A stretch of 64,000 nucleotides of DNA, taken from Tubiluchus corallicola. Taxonomy: Eukaryota; Animalia; Priapulida. The translations under genes and the position numbers were made by a program. Below the pieces are notes generated by a model that saw nothing but the letters and a program-made list of their open reading frames with translations, ran no database searches and was not told the DNA's origin. The stretch is from contig JAQGDQ010000152.1 in NCBI GenBank assembly GCA_030141605.1, positions 1 through 64,000 on the forward strand, written 5' to 3'. This document shows, in pieces, positions 26,681-47,389 of the stretch (its first letter is position 1; each line of letters opens with the position of its first letter).

Positions 26681-27094
26681 ACATTTTTTATAGTTCTTCA
26701 ACTGTCCATTTATAAACACCAATAATGACTACAGCTAAAATTCGTTCTAGGTTTGAAAGTGCTGACAATTGTAAAATATACTTAGTCGTTTCAAAGAAAA
26801 AGGCACTTTACAGTTTAATTTAATTAAATTTATTTGCACATTTGACAGCCAGCGAATATTATTGCGACTTTAGTTAGTATTCACTTAACTACACTAGAAT
26901 TAAAAATAGTTAGTTAAAATTAGTTAATTAAAATAAAGCTTTGCATATGATTACAATCAGCATAAGAGTGAATTGCAGTAAAAAAAATAGTTATAGTAGA
27001 AAAGACACACGAAACAAAACAAAAAAGTACGCTACAAATTAACTGAATGAAATACACAAATTAAGGAAATATTTTCAATCTGTCATTAAAATCA

Positions 27095-27450
27095 CATCTG
27101 TCTAAGGCAGATTTGAAAGCTTTAATTGAATTTGGCTGAACAGATTCTTCTGGCAGTGCGTTCCACAACGATATTGCTTGTACAAAAAAATTATTTTATC
27201 TTACAATTTTACAACAATGTGGCAGAAGTAATTTGTATCCGTGACCCCGGGTAGAATTGATGCTAAAAGTGAAACAATTATTAGATGGGTTAACATCGAT
27301 CAGATATGAATCAGTTCGTGCAATTTCAATAGTCAAGTATGCTTTCAAACAGCTGTATGTTCTAAAGATTCTATGGGCACCCAGTTTGCAAGAATATAAA
27401 ACTATCATCAGTATTTTACAATCTTTCTGAAATAAATGAAACACGTTCAT
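27095..27450 (-). mobile_element. 3' remnant of a CR1/L2-type LINE ORF2
   Basis: Minus strand reads TRGHGYKL...*NNFFVQAISLWNALPEESVQPNSIKAFKSALD, the typical C-terminal motif set of CR1/L2-group ORF2. Confidence 0.75.
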
Positions 27451-29209
27451 TAACTAAACCCTGCATTGGGTTAGTTTTATATATATATACAGAATTAAAT
27501 TTACACAATAGATTTTAGTCATAGTTACATCATAATTACATCCTGGTGCTAAAATATTGTGGCGGGTGGCAGGATCAAACTGTCACGGGCTTCGTGAAAA
27601 TGTAGTGTATTGAATATAAAATCGCGTGGGCCAATCAGAGCTCAGTTTTCTAGGCCAATTTTCTCGAGCGTGTAACCTGTTCTCGTAGATTCGAGGGCAG
27701 TGCGTTCCGGTAATGTTCGGCTTCGGTTTCATTTTGTTTTTCTCTTCTCGGTTGCTGTTATTAAGTGATTCAGTAATTTTTGGTTTAACCCCTTGGTTTG
27801 CATTTTGACTCGACGCGTAAGTGTCAGCTGTAAACTGCTGTTAAGTGTTACATTTTACTGTTTTTCTTTCTTTTCTTTTTTTATAATTTTCGTTAGTTAA
27901 CTATGAATACTCGCTATCATTGACAGCATCACAATATTAATGCTCGAAAATAAGATATTAATGGTATTAGGTTTCTTCAGAAAATAAAAACGAAGTTACT
28001 TGAATAATCAAATATAAAGAGAAGAAGATTGAAAAAACGACCAAATAACAATCACAAAACGACCAGGAATGGAAGTTGAACTAAATAAACAGAGTAATAT
28101 GAAAATAGCTCACCGATTTTCTGCTTTATCATGCAGAGTGAAACAAACAGAACACGAAAAGAAGTAAAAATGACGGGGAATTGTATGACCATACCAGAAC
28201 GAAAACCTTGCATGAATTAGAAGAATGAGATTAATATCAGATCAAAAACTATTAAAATTTTCAGTGAGAAATTTCTGACAATAAAAATGATAGCATAGAT
28301 ACATTTAAATGAAAATATTGGCAATAGAGCTGAATGGAAAAGAATAAAGTTAGATAAACAAGTAAACTGTATCACCTCTACATTGCTTTACTTTACTGAT
28401 ACATTTTACTGTATCTAAAATTCTAGTAATATTTTCTTTGTGGCAGCAGATGCTTTAAATGACATTATATAACAAAAATAATTTAAAAACACAATATTTA
28501 TTAACGTGAAGTTCTTGCTGTTGAGTTTTTCCAGCCTTCCAAAGTGAGTTTTATTAGCCAACGTTGTCACAGTGCAAAAAATAGTCTGATACAAATTGTT
28601 TGTGACAAAATTTTCTCACGAAAGAGTACTTTTGAGGGAAGAAAACTGTGGAGAATCTCAATAAAACATTTATTTGATGACACGCAACCATATGACTGCT
28701 TTTTATTGGTCTGACCTCATTTTGTCAGATTTAATAAAAATCAGAGTTTGACAAACATTTTATCAAGCCTGGAGACACGCAAAACTCAGACGAATTGATG
28801 CTGACAGATTTTGCATTATTTGCATTCCATTCAAACTGGTAAGACCCGTTCTTCTGCATAAAATTTTCTGTTTGAAAGTTGCTAAAACAGCATTTTATCA
28901 CGCCTGGAGATACACAAAACTCAGACAAATCGGTAAGAAATTTTCTGTTTGGAAGCCCCAGATTGTTTTATATCATTCGTAGTTACAGCAAAATTCCCAT
29001 TGACAGTTCTGTCTCATTTATATTCTTTCTCCTGATGGCAAAGCATTTTCTGCATTGTCTGTAGTCTACTATGTAAAACGTCGTGGAACAAAAGCTTATT
29101 GTTGAAAATAATCAGCTTTTTCTAAATTTGGAATTCGTCAGTTTTGGAGAATGCTTTCACAATGAAAAATTCGTTCTCGACTTTTCCGTGGTCTTTATAA
29201 AAAATTCGA

Positions 29210-32200
29210 ATGATGGATCAAAGCATGGAGAACCTTGTGGTGTTGCTTTTTATAATTTTTACTTTATTTAAACCAGCCATATGCAGGAAATGTAAGACGA
29301 CAGACGATGAAATCAGTCAGATTTCACCTTGCGTATTTGCAAATACCCGAAATCCTAACTGTGGTTCAGTCTTGTGCCCGGATTTGACGAAACAGGCATT
29401 AGCTACCTTTTCCGCTTCACGTGTGAAAATCAAAATAAGGCAAATTCGTGTTGCTCGATATGCAGATACTGAATTACCAGAGCATTTTCTGGCTGGTTTT
29501 GATGTTGCATTTCTAATTATTGAAAAGACACAAGTGGAACAATTAACAAAAGGATGCATTTATGATGACTTCCGTCATCTTAGGATTATAGAGATAAAGA
29601 ACAATGCCTGGCTGAAATTTATACATCCCAAAGCATTTAGCAGACTTTCTGCTCTTACAAGTATTCATATTAAGAAAAATCCAAATTTGACTGCATTAGA
29701 TTTTGACTTGACTGCGTCACCAAATTTGACATCACTTATTATAGCAGAATGTACAAGTCTAGAAAGACTCACACCAACCTTCAGTTCAAACATAAAGCCT
29801 GGACGGCCATACATTAGATTCTATAGTAAGTATTGATTAAAGGCAAGTTCGGAGTAGCATTAGCAATCTTGAAAACATAATTTTGTCGTAAATAATTAAC
29901 TAACAGTTACTATAGTTCTTAATAAATAATTAAAGAGAAATCAATTTCATTTTCTTGGTTTATTTAATTTTCTGTAGATTCGTCATTACATTTCGGTGCT
30001 ATATAAGTTATAAAGGTTTAGCAAGTAATTATTTTGAAGCTCTTATTAAATTATCACAAAATGTGTTAGTAATTTCAAAGCAACAATTATTTAGTAAATG
30101 TTCGAACAATCTGCAGTATGCCTGCTGTTTTTTTAAGAAATCTAAGTACGTAGAAGCCTCCCTGAAGAATATGAGCGAATGAATTGTGTACAATGTGCAC
30201 CAACTTGAACCAATTTATATACCGATTTTGTACATTGATGATACCAAGAGGTGAACGGTGGCTGCTCAAATTTAGCGTCATTTCTAAACGGCAACATATG
30301 TCCTTTTTTGAAAGAAATTAGTGTTGTTTGTTTCAAATTCTTTTACTACGAAAATATTAGTAAGAATCTATTGTTTGACTGTCATTTCGTGTTTATTGTT
30401 GTTATTCGCCAATCGAACAGCATCCAGTGTGAGAGTCATTTCCTTCGGGTTTACAATCTGGTTCCTATTAGCCAACAATGGCCATTTCATTGCTATTAGA
30501 ACCGACAATTTTGGTGTCTAAATATATGTTTTCAAGATTAAGCAATCCACACCTAGCGATTAAAAGCTCCTACAACACCCAAAAATTTAGGATTCCATGG
30601 TGGCTGATAATGCAGCTGTTCAATCATGTAATATATATTCTGTAGTACATATACCATCTAATGTACATATGACAGTGTCCTTGGGTGTATGGATATTGGT
30701 TTTCAAGGTAGAGGAATTCATTTGCATTAAGTAAATTTTCAGACAGTTGAACAGACACACAGATAGCCCTAATCGCATCTTTAAGCCACTGTTTTGTTGG
30801 TGGTAGTATTGCTTCTATTAGCAGGCTGCCAGACACTCAAAGCAGCAAAAGTGATGGTAACACAGTATTTTGTATTGGGAATATATCACGTATGTACGTC
30901 CACACACGTTGCCACTCACTGTTGAGTTTGTTAGCTTGGAAAGAAGTCAGCTGAAAAACAATCCAAACAGATTTTATGAATCCTTGTTTATTATGTTGTG
31001 TCTACAGCAGACAGAGATTCTCTGTCACAGTCAGGGCCACATTAGGACAAAACTGGGGAACTCATTTGGAGACTTTCTGCTATAAGCTAATTGCTAAGGC
31101 TCAAAACACCTTGTGAGTTTGATGCCTAATGCTGTAGCGTTCAATGTGGTTGGCAAGTCTGCTCCGTGGATTTCTTTCTTCACTAGTTAACTTTTTTGCT
31201 AACTTTGTTAGTTTTTGGTAAAACTAGTGAAGTGAACAATACCTGTACCCCAACAGTATTCAGCCTACATCAAGTTTAATGTGTTCTAACAGTGTTCAAA
31301 TATAAGATTAGATCTTTTATCATAGTTGATATTATTCAATATTTTAAGCTTCGTATTACTACTGCAAACTGCGCAAAGTAAAACCTCGAATATAAAAATA
31401 AAGTAAATGTGAGAAAATGCATCCAGGTAGGTTTTCTTTGAATCTTTTGTCTGTGAACAAATCTTTACCTGTTTCTCGAATTGATATGCATTTGCATGCC
31501 TACCATGAGTTGATACTACTACTTTATCATGAAATTCCACAGTGGCAAAAAATAAAAAGCTTAGCCAGATTAACCAAAAAAAAGGCCTACTTTCCTAGAA
31601 TATTGTTAGTAGTATGGACGCATCATCTTATGACATCTCTCCTGTGTTTAGCATGCGAAATTGTCTTGGGGCTATCACGAACGTATTCAGTACAAAAGGC
31701 GTGTTACCTGTTAGCCTGTTCAACATGTAATCATGTATGTTCAAAAACACCTTTCCCTCATCAGTCTTTGACTGTGAGTTTTTAAAGAGTCCTTGGAGTT
31801 CTAAACATATCTGCAGTACCAGATCCCACAAGTAAATTGGCGTTAGCTTGGAGTCTAAACACACAGAGCTACTCTATGCATTGTGCCAGAATGGAAAACT
31901 TGGGAATGACACTAAATTAAGAATTGAAAAATAGAATGGATTTCATGCCGAGAAAAGGTATTTAGGTGAGTAGATCACCGTTCAGCACCAGGTAGAACAT
32001 TGACGCCTTAAAAAATCAACAATTATTGTTCTTTGCCGATATAATTTGTTCACTTTTTGCAAATTTTCAGGAAATGGTTTAATCTGTGATTGCAATTTAC
32101 TGTGGCTACGAGAGGGTAAATTCAGACCAGTTTACTTAGACTGCACGCTGCCTGTCCCGAAAATCAATGCCTCATTAAAAGATATTACGACTACATGCAT

Positions 32201-32964
32201 GAATGCAACACTACCACCAGTAACAGGTGAGTAAGTAAAAGTAAAGATATTATCTCTACACCAGGAATTTGCAGAACAGGCACCACCTATGGTCAAAAAT
32301 GATAATGTTGTTTTAGTGGTAGTAATCACTGTCTAATGTTGGAGGTTATCATGATAATAGTGACTAGAACTTATGGGATGAGAACATCTAAGCTCTAATG
32401 TTATTTGAAATGCTGGCTTAATCGCTACAAATGACCACTCAGGATATTGCAGACATTACGGCATATTTTCACTGACAGCATGTTAATTAAGTAGTATCCA
32501 TCAGAACCATCAGATCCAAAAGCCTAACTACACTCATAAAAAATGCACAGCTACTTTACAAAATGGAGTGTTTAAGCCAAGGTAGACTGAAACAGTGTGG
32601 CTAAAAATAAACAGAATTCTATTACCCACGGGATATTTTGTGATTTTATCTCACATACATTTGTGCTCTAGGAATAGTTTTTTCTTGTTTTCTATAAACT
32701 AATATTCAGATAATCTCACTAACAGTGCGCTTGTTAAGACAAACAGTTCTCATGACAACCAGCATCTGGCAAATTATTATGTTTTAATATTTTTTATCTT
32801 GTATTTAAGGTCTGGCGACAGCAAATGCTAATACGGTGACTAATAGTGATGCGGTTGCTAAGGATGCTAAGGTTGCTAAGGCTACTATTTTTGAGATGGT
32901 GGGAATAAAACTTAGGTGTCCCATTTACAGATTATCGGATGGGTGGCATTTACCGTGTGGCTAA
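29210..32964 (+). CDS. Extracellular leucine-rich-repeat protein (signal peptide, ~5 LRRs, LRRCT, Thr/Ala stalk)
   Basis: Exons 29210-29825 (MENLVVLLFIIFTLF; LxxIxIxxNxxLxxI repeats), 32071-32226 (NGLICDCNLLWL, LRRCT) and 32810-32964, all phase-1 junctions. A hydrophobic TM-like stretch lies in a shifted frame at 32916-33149. Confidence 0.8.
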
Positions 32965-33308
32965 TGTTACTTCTTGTGTGTTCTTCACTTAACTTGCAGA
33001 GTGAAGGCAAGAAAAATTTGTGTAAAAAATTTTTGATTGCAATTGCTTCAGGTGGGACACTTTCTGTAATCAATTGGCAACGCCATGAAGCTCAAAATTT
33101 AGAGAAATTAGGAAAACGTTTTTTTAGAGGCCAACTATCCCTGAGATAACAACGCAAAATGCCCATGTAACACGACCTTTTTGCAAATAAAGTTGTCTTA
33201 GTAGGTTTTTTGGTTTATTAAATAACTATTATTTAACATGAATTCGCCTCACGGATCATGTGGCTCCTGAAAGCTTTTTTTCAAGCATTTTCCAGTACTA
33301 AGAGCACC

Positions 33309-39431
<6,123 letters not shown>

Positions 39432-39896
39432 GTACGTTAGCACCTATTTTTTCATGGTTCGTCACAGTGATAAAGTGAGATTTGCAAATAGACAACTAAT
39501 AACTAACTTTACAAATGTACTTGAACTTTTCCTGTGGAAGTTTTGTTTAACAGAGATTAGTGATACAGGGATGCAGTGAATATGAATATCCAGGAATATA
39601 TTCAGGGATATATCCTTGTATGGTTATCAGACTTATGCGAAGCTATCTTTACATCCATATGTCCAGGATTTATCCAGGATTTCCTTTGCAGTTTTGTATG
39701 TTTCATTTTCCATCACTTCCTCCAGCTGAAATTTAAATAAAAAAAAGACTTTCAAATGATCGTTTGCTTGTCTATCAGTAATTTTTTATGAGTAAAATTT
39801 TGTAACACTTTTAAGCGTAGTTTATCTGCTACAGATTCACAAAACATCAATGTAAATCCATGGCTCTTTCGTCACCTATTTGTTTTCTTACTTTAA

Positions 39897-40451
39897 AGGA
39901 AAAGTCAAGCCTTCTGGGAAGTCAGACTTGTTTCAATGTTTCCGAAAAATGTTAGAAGGATTTGCTCAACAGTGTGACAAGTGCCTCGTGTAATTATTAA
40001 AATCCCTTTAATATAGCTATCATTAAATGCTTTAGCACTCCCATTTTCAACCTGCATTTTTCCACCAATGATGTCGTTTATCGGCTGAAGAAAAATAGCA
40101 CACTCTCAATTTGTGTCAAAACTGATATAAGTTTTTACAAAAAAAATAGCTAGTTTGTCTTGTGATATTTTTGCTTGAACATTAGGTAAGCTGCAGAAGT
40201 TTTAATTAATTTAAGCAGCGGCGAACACTTACGAACATTCACGATACGCTTACCAAATGTCACGGAATCCAACTGTTACATTATAATTTTCAAAAGATTG
40301 GCGGCTACCACCAAACCTGAAAATTTCTATACAGTGGTAATATACAGTAACTTTATACTTTTCAGGCTCTTCTTTACAAATTTCTTTCTTATATTTTTCT
40401 AAGTGACAACAGTAAAGTAAACCCAACATGCTAAATGACATTTCCTTTCCT
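39897..40451. mobile_element. Non-autonomous DNA transposon with TTAA flanks (Kolobok-like), copy 1
   Basis: ttaa|aggaaaagtc...ctttcct|ttaa; homologous along its length to 53945-54725. Confidence 0.7.
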
Positions 40452-42027
40452 TTAATACAATTTGGCTTTAATAAAATGATTCTAATAGCATACAGTAGGA
40501 TTCTAAAAAGTGCCACTCAATATTAGCCTGTAACCCACAAGATGAAAAAGGTAAATATATAAAGACTGCATAACAAAATCACTAAAATGACCACTAATAA
40601 CAAGTTAATAGACCTCTGTAAGAAATTGTCAACAATGACTGCAGCAAGCTAAATGGTTTTATCAAAATTTCTTATGTTCACAAAAGCGCACTTTAGTTAA
40701 TAGATGATATTCCTTTCTCGCCTGCAACTAACTTGCCACAGAATTACTCACTGTTGATAATGCTTCCAGGCTTTACCTTTTTCATAATTTCAAGCTGGAC
40801 TAACATTAACAAAAATTGGAAGATTGCCAAAAAACTGAACTACGATTATTAGAAAAAGGAAAACCGGAGTTTTTCACTTACCACTCTCCTCTCCTTTTCT
40901 CTAAGATCTTGCAACGCAAACTCTGAAATGCAAATTGAAATGCCGTTAGTCATCAGAACATTTGTACAATTCAGTACTGGTGCATTCTTGAACGAGTCTA
41001 TAGATCAATAAAACTAAACAAAGTGCACTTTTAAACGTGTGTATTGATCGACACAGACGATTTTTAAGTCTAACCATCATAATGCTGACTCACCAAGAAG
41101 CTAAGTGAGCATTTATTTTTTTCAATTTCTTTACAAAATTGTTCAAAAATAAACTCTGGCACCAGCGTTTAACATTTCAAAAACTGTTTAAAGACTGGCC
41201 TTTCAAATAAGCCTTCTTGAACCACTGTAATATAGCTGTTGCAGGTGCAAATGTTTTGGTCCATTACCTCTTCTCAAGGTAGTATATGCATTGGAAGCCA
41301 CAATATATTAGACTGTAGCCCAACCTCTAGACTACTTTTTCTACTCTGACATTGTATAGGTGGAACTTGTCATGTACGCACGTCTTTGTTGCATTTAAAA
41401 ATTATCTTATAATTATACTGCTACCTTTTACTAACATTCTGGCTTTTTCTCGACTCAATATTGGACCAACAATGTATGTATGCATTTTAGCTTCTTTAGT
41501 GTAACGTAGTAATCTGTAGCACTTATTTTCTAGCACTTTTATTTCACTAGATTTGTAGATGTAGTAGTTGTAGACTACAGAAAATTTGTATTTTTGCAGA
41601 ATAAACTACATAGATATGGGAACGCAACTTTGATTTGAGCGTATACATTACAATAGCTACTTAATTAATGAGTATTTTCTACAGAAATTCATACACAAAA
41701 CTGAATGCACAAAGGAAGTAACTGTGTTACTGCTCTGTTTTTGCAATGCCTGAACATGACCCTGATTAAAACTGTTTCATATAATGTCAAATATGAATAC
41801 ATAAATTGCATTCTTAGATTTACAACGCATTCTTTAGTCTTGGGCATGAACATTGTAAACTCAGTTTCACTTACTCCAATACAAATCATGTCTTGAATGA
41901 AAGTTTAAATAGCTTTAACAAGAATCATACCTAGCGATGACAAAAATGAAATGTACAGACAACCTCGGGTCTGTAAAGACATATTTCCAAAAAACATTTA
42001 TAGTTATATATATGTATATTTCATATT

Positions 42028-42037
<10 letters not shown>

Positions 42038-42078
<41 letters not shown>
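42038..42078. repeat. (TA)n microsatellite
   Basis: Read directly from the sequence. Confidence 0.95.
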
Positions 42079-42081
<3 letters not shown>

Positions 42082-44815
42082 TATATATAGATTATAATAT
42101 ATGTACATATAGATTATATACATATATAATGAAATATATACATTATATAGTTCATAAAGACACAAACACAACAATGGCTGCATATAATGCTAACAAAAAT
42201 CACGAAATAAAACTAAAATTATGTGTTACACAGCAACCTAGTCACGTATCTGAGCTGCATGAGGAAATGTCTTGTCTGTGTAAAACTCTTACCATTTTCA
42301 CTGATTTTTCGAATGTAAATCCAATGTATCAGCTTCTTCATTCCCCACATTCTAAAATTCAAATTAGAAAAAACAAATTAGAAACAAACCAATGAAACAT
42401 TCTTTCAAAGTTATACAAAATAGTCCAAGATAAGATGGGTGATTGCTTCCCCAAATTGTAATAACACCCTTCAGAGTATCAGGGGCATAAACATCCGTAT
42501 TCAAGATTCATCTAAATTCATTTAAACAAATTCAGTTTTATCAAAGTTAAAGAATTAAATTCTATTCAAATTTGACAGTTTCTCTTATTTTTTGTCAAGA
42601 TCTTCCAAAGGCTGGCTGGTGGTTACGCACCTAGAAACAAAGCAGGCCAACAAACATTGCTAAAAAGACTAGAAAGTTCATATTAATGCCTCCTCGATGT
42701 ACAGTACTAGGACCAATTGATTAATTTTATTCGAGTATAATTTATTTAAGTATAATCGATCCGGGTTTTTCTTTTCCATCTTCGATTTGTTTTTTCATTA
42801 GATACAAATCATTTGCATTATCAATGCCATTTTCAATTTATTTTTCAAAAACCCACAAAAATTACACCACAAAATAACCGTCATTGTGGAAAATCAAGTA
42901 ATACAGTTCTACCTTTGCTCAGTAGCTTAGCAAGATGGCGCCACTGCTTAGACATGAAGGTTTCTCATAGACACGAACATGACACACTCTTCAAATGTAC
43001 TGGTTTTGTCATAAAATAGCAGAAAATGGCACAAAACAATTATAATCGATTATACGATCGATTTCATATCCGATTAATCTATCATAAAAATGTACTAATG
43101 CCCCACCACTAATGCGTAATAAGCCTAATAACTCAAAAACTCTAATTGTTACCCTAATGGAAATGCGAGAAAAGGCAGTGAATAGAGGAGCTGGCTCTCC
43201 CATGTCTGCGGAAAGTAGAAGAAGTAAAACAAGACGACGGCAATTAAGTAGATGATGAAAGAATAGAGGTACACCGTGCCAATGATGTGCTTCAGACGAT
43301 ACTGGTTGTGCCTCTTAAACTCCTGTATTGCACGAACGTCCTGAAAACATGTTACACAGAACGTGTACAATACCCACAGCTATACAGTATCATACTTATA
43401 TGTAACATGGCCTAAACGGCAATCATAACTCGAAATTACGTCTGAACAAATGTAGTTTACTTTAAAAACGACAACTGTGGCACAAAAAAAGATTTCAGCC
43501 ATTTCACAAAGCACAAAAACCAAAGTTTGAATACTAGTCACTAGTTGTTGAAGATATTGTGCGAAGAACAATCCTAATGCCATATTGTGATAAAATTTAT
43601 TCTAACACTTATAAGAAGTGTTATAAAAAGTTTTCATCATAATCTCATTCTACTTAGCTTTGCATCATAACATTTTACTCAGTTTTTCCATAAAAATCAA
43701 TTTTCTTTGAGGAAATAGTAATACGTGTACTACGAAAATAATCTCAAATTAAAATTTCTAGAAATATGACACTAATCATCCAGTTGCTTAGTCTCTCTGC
43801 CACTTGTTTGCACAAATTTTCAGTCTCAAGGTTGGCCTCGAGAAATTTACAGTATCTGAAGCCAATAGAAGAAGCCCAACGAAAAATGTTTTGTATCAAG
43901 GTTTTACAAATACATAGGCCTAGATTAGTAAGAAACCTGCTTCGATCTCTGTGTTACTATTCTGCATAAATATTTGATCTAAAAGCTCACTTTCTGTAGA
44001 ACCAGTAACTAATACAAAAAAGTGGCACAGAAACAAGTCAACCAGACTATTTGCATTAAACTGACATACTTAAGAACTCACCGTCACAAAGTATTCAATT
44101 TTGCATATAAGTTCGTGTATGAAATTAAAAAGAATAAATTGTAATAATCAGCAAACCTTGTCAATCTGTTCCAAGATTTCCACTCTTGTTGGAGATGACT
44201 AAAAAAGAAAGGAGTCATTATAGTTGAAACTGGATTCGTTTCAAGTTTATAAATAGTCAATATTGGAGTCGTACTGGTAAAGTACCCAGGGCTAAGACCG
44301 GATCCAGAAACTGCCCAGCATTCGCACTAAGCATGCAATACTAGAAACATACAGTGCATTTCTAGAAAACAGCGAAGCACCTTTAGCAGTGACATGATGC
44401 AGGATCAAATTAAATTCATAAGCAACCACTGTCTACATTCAATTATGTAGAAAAAGCAGGGGGTACTGCCATGCACTGATGCAAGTAAGCTACGTATATG
44501 TATTCTCACACTTATCTCAATTTCTAAGATCTCCCTTAGTCCTAACTTTAGTAACAAAAAAATATTCGGTGAAAGAAAACAACGCATAGTACCTGACTTT
44601 ACAGAATACAGAATAATTTATTTGTTGAGCCTGGGCTTTAAACGTTTAGTTTTACGGTACAGATTATGCAGTACAGACACTGGAAACTGCAACAAGATAT
44701 CACGCTATTATATTTTTATACGCGTAGTACTAAAGTAAAAGTAAAACTAAAAGTAAGAAGTAGTTATACTAGGCCCTAATGTACAAACCCGAAATCTGGA
44801 CAACACTAAGCCCAT

Positions 44816-45310
44816 TCTGGAAAGCCGTTTAACACTCGATGACTGATGTGCATAAACTTATGGGTCGCAAAAATATCACGATCTGTTAAAACCATTTAAT
44901 TAAACACACTTAGGAACTTTACAAATAATTTTACAACCGGGCGCTGCCATATTTGGAAGTGAACTGTGAAGTGAATCAACAGCTATGTTTAACTGGATCC
45001 AATTTGTCGTTTTCATATGTTGGCTATTTTATTCCAGTTTTATTGGTATAGAAAAAATCTGACCTCGAAAATTTTAGTAGCTTTATCAGTTTATCGGTAA
45101 TTATAAGAGAATCATAAATATACCACTGAACTTTTGTACCATACAAAGTTCATATATAAATAAACTAAGACGAATTGATAAAAATGTTTCTTATGCGAAT
45201 CAACTACCAGAGCGACACACGTGGTCACAGTGAATGGTGAAACTTTGGCACTGCCTCGAGATGAAACTCTTGAAACTCAACAGCGTAGTTTTGGTGTGAC
45301 TGAGCAGGTG
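44816..45310. promoter_or_regulatory. Probable bidirectional promoter of LNPK and RRN3
   Basis: The start codons are divergent and under 1 kb apart. YY1-like gctgccatattt at ~44943, E-box CACGTG at ~45218, and a likely RRN3 5'UTR donor cag|gtgg at 45307. Confidence 0.55.
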
Positions 45311-45738
45311 GATGAATTTCGCTTCTAACGTCGATTTTTTTTATTGAGCATAGTAATATCAGATACTCCGTTCCCCTTATGTTTTTTATTCTTGCGTTTT
45401 TTATTAAAATTTCGTGCTTTTCACATATTACTGATTCATTTCACTGAAACTGAAAGGTATATTGTAAATTTGCAACATCATCGTGAAAGTATAGACATTA
45501 CGCAATGCCTTGTCATTTGTGAGTTCTAACATAACACGTCTGGTAACATAGCTAGTCCAAGCTGGCAAAATGTGTTAAGAACTCTTATGATACATTATCG
45601 CTAGTGTTTTTGTATTAATTAGGAATCGTATTGTTGATATACAAAACGCAGTCCGTCCAGTACTGTTCAATTCGCTTTTTAGTTGTATTTTATCAAGTTT
45701 TTACATATTTCCAGGATTTAGAATACCAGTTCGGCGAT

Positions 45739-47389
45739 ATGATGGAAGCAGTCGGATCACCAGGGTCAGAACTAGAGACGTGTATACAGCAATACCGTCA
45801 CGGGTTATCCACAGAGTTGGATAAGTTTTTGGGGATACTAAAGGACCCAGAAGCGCAAACATCAACTTTAACACATTGCTTGTCTGAACTCGAACACTGT
45901 GTGTCGCACCTCGACGAAGATTTGAAATTTTTAATCAAGAGTGCACTTAATGTAAAATGGGCAGGTCATGATCCAAGTCTGGCTATGCAGTATACCAAAT
46001 TTGTTTTGGAACTAGTTGTACCTCATAGTTCATATATTCAACCTCTTTTACACATTTGCGTCCGTTTATTTTCTCCCATTCCTACAGAAAATACAGACAA
46101 AGAAGTCAAAGATGCTGTTGCACAGGAACAAATATTTCACGATGTTCATACGTTGTTACAGATGCTGGTAAAAATCATTCCTAGAGCTCCGTCTATTTTG
46201 CTAGAAGTCATTGGTCAACGTTATCCGTTCAAAGGTCGTAACACTCAAACACATTTATGTTACGTGCAGAACTTGCTGCGCATTTGTATGTATGTGCCCA
46301 GTCTGAGAGGTCACATTCTAGAGCTGATTATTAGCAGGGTGATGTTGTTCGACACGATATTGTCCAGGGACGACATTAGTAAAATAATAAATCTTGATGA
46401 AGTCGATGATGAAATCTTCGACATGGAAGGTGTGAAGTCAACTCTAGGCAAGGAGGCTTCAGAAGCTGAGATGATTTACGATAAACTGGACAATCTGATG
46501 CGTGTACTATTTAGTTTTGTGCAAAACTGTTGTCACACAGATGATGCTTTTGACTGGAAAGCAACACAGGTTCTCTATCGGGAGATCACCTCTTCTTTTG
46601 AAAGCGTAGTGCTCCCGACCCATTCTTCCGGACACGTTCAGTTTTTGATCTTCTACCTGTGCAGCTTTCGGCAGGCTCTTTCGGATGCCTTCATTGATTT
46701 TTTATGGAAACGCTTTCAGGCTTTAAACGTGTCTGTTGTGCTGAAGCAGAACTGCCTAGGCTACATGAGTGGCTTTGTAGCGAGAGCCAAGTTTGTACCA
46801 GTTTCTTCAGTGAAGACGCTACTTAAGCTTCTTTGTGCTTGGATAAACGAATACATCAATACAGTAGACAGTCAGAGCGGTAGCATCTCAGAGCAACACA
46901 ACGTCTTCTACGCGGCTTGTCAGGCTGCATTATACATCTTCGTTTTTCGGCACGATGATTTGTCCGACATGAAAGGTGGAATGGGTTTCCTGCACAGTTT
47001 GAACTTTCAAAGAATTGTTACATGTGAATTAAATCCACTGCGGGTGTGCCATCCTCTAGTGACGCACGATTTTGCATCATTAACTCGAGCTCTGCAAATA
47101 GCCTATTGTTATACAGTCATTGAGCATAATAATAGGAGTGCTTCCATGGTAACTACAAGCAATATTCTCGGTTTTTCCATACGATCCATATCGGTTACGT
47201 AAATCTAGCTCATTTGTGGCACCATTATATAGAGAATACAAATTGGTGCAACACCTAGAACAGACACGCAGTGCAGATGACGATTATGATGATGATTTTC
47301 TTCAATATGGGGAATCGCCTGGTTTCAAACATTCACCATTCTTGTTAGGTTCTCCGCCTGTCGAGAATTTTCCGATAATGTCATTGTAA
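45739..47389 (+). CDS. RRN3: RNA polymerase I transcription initiation factor RRN3/TIF-IA, intronless CDS with a frameshift at ~47170
   Basis: Motifs YVQNLLRI, VLPTHSSGHVQFLIFYLCS, FVARAKFV, FYAACQAALYIFVFRH and LNPLRVC. The conserved FPYDPYRLRKS continues in a shifted frame to TAA at 47389. Confidence 0.93.

Larger units (their letters stand above)
39633..44815 (-). pseudogene. LNPK: Lunapark (ER junction formation factor): 5' part only, truncated
   Basis: Exons 44815-44789 (MGLVLSRFR), 44198-44157 (SSPTRVEILEQIDK), 43340-43153 (two TMs, LPFLAFPL), 42351-42293, 40922-40882 and 39725 onward (LEEVMENETYKTAKEILDK). Homology stops there, and no zinc-finger exons were found in the window. Confidence 0.85.

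Noticed and set aside
27560-28610. Possible LTR or promoter (TGTCAC start, CCAAT boxes, gtaagt donor at ~27817)
   Set aside because: No convincing TSD or coding remnant; it could be the LRR gene's promoter but this is unsupported.
30540-31900. Degraded transposase-like sequence (LPPT motif) in the LRR intron
   Set aside because: A single short motif is not enough to assign a family.
32899-32915. 17-nt GT-AG micro-intron that would bring the LRR TM segment into frame
   Set aside because: Too short for typical metazoan splicing; a missing G at 32915-32916 explains it more simply.
40250-40516. ORF with LEKYKKE resembling a lunapark exon
   Set aside because: It lies within the TTAA MITE; the real exon starts at 39725.
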